Shown here: in pieces, positions 25,344 to 29,455 of the stretch
Position numbering within the stretch: position 1 is the first letter of the stretch
Layout of the letters: every line of letters begins with the position of its first letter
Source of the DNA: Actinomycetota bacterium
GTDB lineage: Bacteria; Actinomycetota; Geothermincolia; Fen-727; Anoxymicrobiaceae
NCBI GenBank assembly: GCA_003157385.1
Contig: PMJJ01000117.1
Span: forward strand, 1-29,455
DNA: 29,455 bases
Direction: 5' to 3'
Program-made: the position numbers and the translations under genes
Notes under the pieces: model-generated
Seen by the model: the letters and a program-made list of their open reading frames with translations, nothing else
Told to the model about the DNA's origin: nothing
The model's database searches: none

Positions 25344-25763
25344 ATGGAAGCTACAGCAATCGATCCCAAAGTCCTGATCGCAAAGCTCATCTGCTGGAGT
25401 CTCGTCGGCTTCGATATTCTCCTTGGCGGGCTTTCGCTCGTCTCGCCGGAGACGGTCATGAAAGCCTTTGCGCCTGAGGGCGGCCAGGAAGGTGCGCCCC
25501 TGCTTCGCAGGGCGGGCTCTATCTGGACTTTCTTCGTGCCGGTCCAGCTCTGGGCGGCGCTCAAGACGGAGAACCCGACGGCGCTGCGAGCGGTTGCAAT
25601 CCTTCGCCTGCAGGAGGTGCCCGCCGACCCGATCTGGCTCGCCACCGGTGAGGACTTCGGGTTCTTCGGCAAGTTCGGTCTGGTGTTCGCGCCGCTGTTC
25701 AACCTGGTGGCCGGGACGTACCTCTGGTGGGTGGCGCGTCAACTGGATAAAGAAAACGCATAG
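25344..25763 (+). CDS. Small membrane protein, hypothetical
   Basis: 139 aa with 3-4 hydrophobic helices. A GGAGGAGGAGG SD lies 5 nt before the ATG at 25344. Confidence 0.55.
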   Translation: MEATAIDPKVLIAKLICWSLVGFDILLGGLSLVSPETVMKAFAPEGGQEGAPLLRRAGSIWTFFVPVQLWAALKTENPTALRAVAILRLQEVPADPIWLATGEDFGFFGKFGLVFAPLFNLVAGTYLWWVARQLDKENA

Positions 25764-25788
25764 GACCGTGGGGACGACGAGGCGCTCT

Positions 25789-26154
25789 TTAGAATCTTGG
25801 TGAAGCACTCCCAAAGATCGGCGTGAGCCGCACGTACTTGCCGCCTATCCTGTAATCGAAGACGGCGTGCATCATGTCGGGGAACACCATGGCGTCCAGG
25901 TTCTCGATCTGGGTCGGAGGCGTGACCCACATGTCGAACGGCCCGTGGCCGCGGCCGTCGGACATCGATTCGGCGAGCAGGACGACGCCCTCCGTCTCCA
26001 GCGTCCCCGCGAACTCCTCCAGCTCTCGCGACAGATCCTGGTCCATCGTGGTGAATATCGCGCGCCGTTTCTCACCATCGACATCGAGCACACCGACGGT
26101 CTTCGAGTCGCCGTACCTCTGGTCGAGTTCAACGAGTGACACTCTGTATTGCAT
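25789..26154 (-). CDS. Hypothetical protein (121 aa) co-transcribed downstream of the B12-radical SAM gene
   Basis: It starts 49 nt after the radical SAM stop on the same strand, with a GAGGT SD 3 nt before the ATG. No family is recognised. Confidence 0.5.
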   Translation of the reverse strand: MQYRVSLVELDQRYGDSKTVGVLDVDGEKRRAIFTTMDQDLSRELEEFAGTLETEGVVLLAESMSDGRGHGPFDMWVTPPTQIENLDAMVFPDMMHAVFDYRIGGKYVRLTPIFGSASPRF

Positions 26155-26203
26155 TGGACCTCAAATCCCGGGGCGGGTCCGCGTGCGGTATTCCGGCATC
26201 ACA

Positions 26204-27775
26204 TCAGGGCAGTTCCACTCCGCTCGGCTCGACGGTGTACTCGCGCATGGCTTTCCTGATGTCGTCAGGCACACTGACACCGCTCTCCTCGAGCGACCTG
26301 GTTATGGCGTGGAAGGTAAGTGGCGCCAGCATCGAGCGGAACGCGCCCTCTCCGGAGAAGAACTCCCTGTCCAGGTCCGCCAGGATCATCTCCGAGCGCT
26401 CCAGCACCGCGCGCAGAAGCGTGTCCCTGGGCAGGATCTTGTCGGTCATCCTGATGTTCAGATCGGTGCCCTCGATCGGGAACTCCTCGTAAGTAACCAG
26501 CCTGTCCTCATCCGCGCCCGCCGTCATCTCGGCGCCGGGGAAAGCCAGCGTATAAACTGACGCGGCAACCGAGGCCCCTTTACGAAGCAGCTTGATCGAC
26601 TCCCTCAGGGTGATGAGGAGGTCATCCACCTTCGAGTCGGGCGACGATAGTATCAGGTTCACGTAGGGCGTGATTTCCGCCTTCAGCAGCGCGTCGACCG
26701 CGTCGTGAATGTGCCTCGGCCGCTGGGGCTTGTTGAACTCGCGCAGCACCTTGGGCGAGAAAGACTCGACCCCCAGCCCGATCAGCTTGAAGTTCGCGCT
26801 GGCGAGCTCCGAGGCGACCTGGGGTATGTTCCTGACCGACCCCTGGGCCATGAACGTGATGTAGTCCGGGATGGACCCTTCCATGCGGCAGTCGGCGATC
26901 AGCGCGCAAAGCTCCTTCACCCAGGGTGCCGACCACAGGAAGTCGTCGTCGTGGAAGAAGAAGTTCATCACGTCAGGGTGCGCCCAGATAAGCCGCTTGA
27001 GGATGCCCAGCGTCTCGGTCGGGGTGAGCCTGAAGACAGCCTGGTTGCCCTCGAACCCGGCCAACCTGTATATGTTGGTCGAGGAGCAGAACCGGCACCC
27101 CCTGGGGCAGTAGCTGCTGACGATCACGCGTATCGTGTTGACGTTCTGCTCGATCAGCATCGAGGGGTCGTGGTGGCGGAGGATGATCTTCCAGTAGTCC
27201 TCGAACGGTATGGCCTCCCAGTCCATCCCGGTGATCGCACCAACGAACTGGTTGCGCGACAGAGGCTTCTGCGGCTCGCTGGTCACAATCTTGCCGTCCT
27301 GCACCCAGGCGAGGCCTGGCACCGAGCGGGGGTCGGAGGCGGCGCAGAGCGCGGGAAGGACCAGGTCGCCCTCCCCTCTCACCACCACGAGCCCGGGAGG
27401 CGCGTACCTCAGCGCGAGCTCATGGCTCTCGGTGCAGCCTATCCCGCCCGCGACCATGCGGACGTGGGGCCCGATGTTGCGGTAGAGGTGGTGCGCCAGT
27501 GACAGGTCAAAGGGCAGCGAGTAGTGGTTGGTGCTGAAGCCGACGATGTCCGCCCTGGCATTGCGCACCGCGGTCAGGAAACCGGCGTGCGGGTCAGCGC
27601 TCAGGTTGGGATCGTAGACCTCGTTGGAGATGCCGACCTCGTCCAGCGACCGCTTCAGCCGGTAGAGGTCGAGCGGCGGGTGGAGGTAGTCCCTGTGCTC
27701 GCGGCCCTTTCCCCAGGCGGCGACCAGTAGAGCCCTCCGGGCAGGCTTCCAATTATCTATGCCTGATACATCCAT
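26204..27775 (-). CDS. B12-binding domain-containing radical SAM protein (class B radical SAM)
   Basis: The N-terminal Rossmann-like B12-binding region is ADIVGFSTNHY...VRMVAGGIG. The radical SAM cluster motif is SSYCPRGCRFCS (C-x3-C-x2-C). A TIM-barrel-length core follows it. The ATG at 27775 has AGGTG 5 nt upstream. The track start at 27805 is 10 codons longer and lacks an SD. Confidence 0.85.
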   Translation of the reverse strand: MDVSGIDNWKPARRALLVAAWGKGREHRDYLHPPLDLYRLKRSLDEVGISNEVYDPNLSADPHAGFLTAVRNARADIVGFSTNHYSLPFDLSLAHHLYRNIGPHVRMVAGGIGCTESHELALRYAPPGLVVVRGEGDLVLPALCAASDPRSVPGLAWVQDGKIVTSEPQKPLSRNQFVGAITGMDWEAIPFEDYWKIILRHHDPSMLIEQNVNTIRVIVSSYCPRGCRFCSSTNIYRLAGFEGNQAVFRLTPTETLGILKRLIWAHPDVMNFFFHDDDFLWSAPWVKELCALIADCRMEGSIPDYITFMAQGSVRNIPQVASELASANFKLIGLGVESFSPKVLREFNKPQRPRHIHDAVDALLKAEITPYVNLILSSPDSKVDDLLITLRESIKLLRKGASVAASVYTLAFPGAEMTAGADEDRLVTYEEFPIEGTDLNIRMTDKILPRDTLLRAVLERSEMILADLDREFFSGEGAFRSMLAPLTFHAITRSLEESGVSVPDDIRKAMREYTVEPSGVELP

Positions 27776-28183
27776 TCGTTCACCTGCGTCATCCAGGGCC
27801 GCCATCCCTGCATACGCTGAGGCTCAGGCCTCTTTCTCGAAGACCATTAGCCTGTGGAAGCTCCGCAGGGTCCTTCACTCGCTCGACCCCAGCAACGGGT
27901 CGAGGACATCGCCAAGGTGGACGGCGTACGAGAAAACCCCGTACTTCGGCCATCCCTGGCAAGCCAGATCCATCATGTTGTACTTGAACGGAAGAAGATA
28001 CATTCCTTTCTCTAAGTGTGGACATTGACACCGATAGCATAACGCGACCGGAGAGGTGCACACCGTTTTTATGTTATCAAAAATCGAATCGAGACAGTGG
28101 AATGTCGATTGTGCATGCCTATATAATCAACGACAGCAACTGGCAACACACCTGCAGGGCTACAATACCGGGGGGGAGCTACC

Positions 28184-28306
28184 GTGACGGGTAACACCTA
28201 CACACAGATCCTTGAGTTACTCAGGAAATCTTCCTCTGGGGACATCAAATCCTATAAGGAGCTCTTCGACCTACACGCTGAGAAGCTCTACAGCTTCGTC
28301 TACTGA
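28184..28306 (+). pseudogene. 40-codon ORF resembling the N-terminus of an ECF (sigma-70 family) sigma factor, truncated; likely a gene remnant
   Basis: The ILELLRKSSSGDIKSYKELFDLHAEKLYSFVY segment matches the sigma-70 region 2.1/2.2 start pattern (…GD..AF..L…Y…vY). GTG start with a GGGGGAG SD 5 nt upstream. A stop follows immediately. None of the downstream frames continue a sigma-like sequence. Confidence 0.4.
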
Positions 28307-28641
28307 AGCTTATGGTGTTTGACGTCCCGCCTGGAGTCACTACCTTCACGCCGAAAGCACTACTCCTGCGCGAATTATCCCCGCGCTCCCAGCGCGCTCC
28401 CCGTGCGCGTGAGGACCCCGCAGGCCGACCCCGAAGGGCTTTCCTTCATCTCCTGTGCAGCATTGCTACCCTGGGATCACCTTCGGTTCGGTTCGCGTTC
28501 GTGGCAATGGTTCCCTCTTTTTTGTCTGTCTGTGCTACTGTCGTTAGCGGGGTCGATGGTTAGACGTGAGTAGTTACCCTGTGAGCTTAGAACCGCTGAT
28601 ACGGACGGTATTTCGTGAAGGCAACCGGTTGAGAGTGGAGA

Positions 28642-29455
28642 ATGCACCTACAGAATAGGGCCCGATTCATCGCCTCGACGATATTCACCATATTCGTGCT
28701 GGCGGCTATCATCTACATGACTCTCAATCTGATCTTCGGGAAAAGCAGCGGGGTCTCTACAATCGCAAAATCACTCCCCGTGATGGTGATTCTGGTGGAC
28801 GGGGGGGGACCGGGTGTTGCGCTACTTCATCGACTTGATCAGGCAGTTCAAGCTACAGAGACGCCTGCAGAAAACGGGAGAGATCCCGACGGGACTGAAA
28901 CCTTACATGGAGATCTCCCACCGGGAGCGAGAAAGCGACTCGATGGAACGACTGGAGCTCAAGCCCTACAAGATCGTGGCGTCCGTCTATCAGATCGAAG
29001 AGGAGTGGGACGATATCCTGGAAAACCTGAAGCCATTCAAGGACAGGCTGTTCCTAGTGGACGACGCCTCGCCCGACAACACTTACGACATCGTGAAAAA
29101 GTCGGGGGTCGAGATAATAAGGAACCCCGAGAACACGAACAAACCCGGGGCGGTCTACTACGGCGTACAGAACCTGCCGCCGGAGATCGAGACGGTGGTG
29201 GTAATAGACCCGGACATCATACTCTCGGAGAAGGAATCGGTGGAGAAAGCGGTCTACGACCTGCAGCAGAGCGACGCCGGCGGCTGTGCGGTCTATGTAC
29301 TCCCCGAGTGCACCGAGCACGCTTCCAGGATAGTGAAATGCCAGGCGGTCGAGTATGAGTTTTCGATGTACTGCGGGCGCGAGGTCCCGCACAACTACGT
29401 GATTGCTTCCGGCGCTTTTGCGATATTCAACCGCAATGCGCTGCAGCAGGCGCTG
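28642..29455 (+). pseudogene. Membrane-anchored family-2 glycosyltransferase gene disrupted by a +1 frameshift at a G8 homopolymer; the gene continues past the window end
   Basis: Frame 0 (28642-28807) encodes an N-terminal TM segment ending MVILVDGG. From 28805 the +1 frame encodes a clean GT2 domain: YKIVASVYQIEEEWDDILENL...LVDDASPDNTYDIV...VVVIDPDIIL (DxD) ...FAIFNRNAL. Frame 0 downstream is GRDPDG-type nonsense. The +1 frame has an in-frame stop at 28787 and no start codon before the G tract. Confidence 0.7.
28801..28808 (+). repeat. G8 homopolymeric tract at the frameshift point of the GT2 gene
   Basis: gac-gggggggg-acc read directly in the sequence. G7 or G10 would restore a continuous TM-GT2 reading frame. 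Confidence 0.9.

Noticed and set aside
27875-28063. 62-aa Cys-containing minus-strand ORF (GTG start) upstream of the radical SAM gene as a definite precursor peptide
   Set aside because: The GTG start has no RBS and sits in AT-rich promoter-like DNA. The 5' half has low GC3 unlike local genes. It is kept only as a low-confidence candidate inside the radical SAM finding, not as a feature.
28312-28573. 83-aa and 84-aa plus-strand ORFs in the GT2 leader
   Set aside because: No RBS, atypical composition and overlapping frames. The region is better explained as a non-coding leader or decayed DNA.
1-29455. CRISPR arrays, rRNA/tRNA genes, IS elements, integrases
   Set aside because: Scanned for regularly spaced direct repeats, tRNA-like cloverleaf signatures and transposase or integrase-like ORFs. 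None was found.

Overview
High-GC (~65%) bacterial chromosomal segment of about 30 genes, most likely from an anaerobic actinobacterium- or Chloroflexi-like lineage. Intergenic regions are AT-richer and carry E. coli-like -10 boxes and AGGAGG-type ribosome-binding sites. No rRNA, tRNA, CRISPR array, transposase or integrase was found.

Content in order along the window:
- A flotillin-like SPFH/band-7 membrane protein.
- A PlsC-family acyltransferase.
- An archaeal-type module of a thiolase plus an HMG-CoA-synthase-like protein fused to a DUF35 zinc-ribbon/OB-fold domain.
- A dodecin gene flanked by two V4R-domain proteins, followed by an MFS transporter.
- An alpha/beta hydrolase.
- A large GT-C-like polytopic membrane protein with a membrane-anchored partner.
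- An orphan 2-hydroxyacyl-CoA dehydratase (HgdB/BcrC, double-cubane cluster protein-like) gene preceded by a promoter-proximal perfect palindrome.
- An FAD-linked oxidase.
- An AlkA-like DNA glycosylase.
- A CoA-binding NDP-forming acyl-CoA synthetase alpha-like protein.
- A 4-OT tautomerase.
- A SpoIID/LytB protein.
- A small Cys-rich protein.
- A CBS-pair protein.
- A lipoprotein.
- A single-domain response regulator.
- A hypothetical protein.
- A TPR protein.
- A phasin/histone H1-like Lys/Ala-rich protein.
- A small membrane protein.
- A B12-binding radical SAM enzyme with a co-transcribed 121-aa unknown.
- At the right end, a low-GC island holding a 40-aa ECF sigma-factor N-terminal remnant and a membrane-anchored GT2 glycosyltransferase broken by a +1 frameshift at a G8 homopolymer.

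The six-frame track contains many long antisense shadow ORFs, which is typical of high-GC DNA, and these were rejected.

Most accessory-looking parts:
- the radical SAM / sigma remnant / frameshifted GT2 end;
- the V4R-dodecin-MFS cluster;
- the HMGCS-DUF35/thiolase operon;
- the operator-controlled orphan dehydratase gene.
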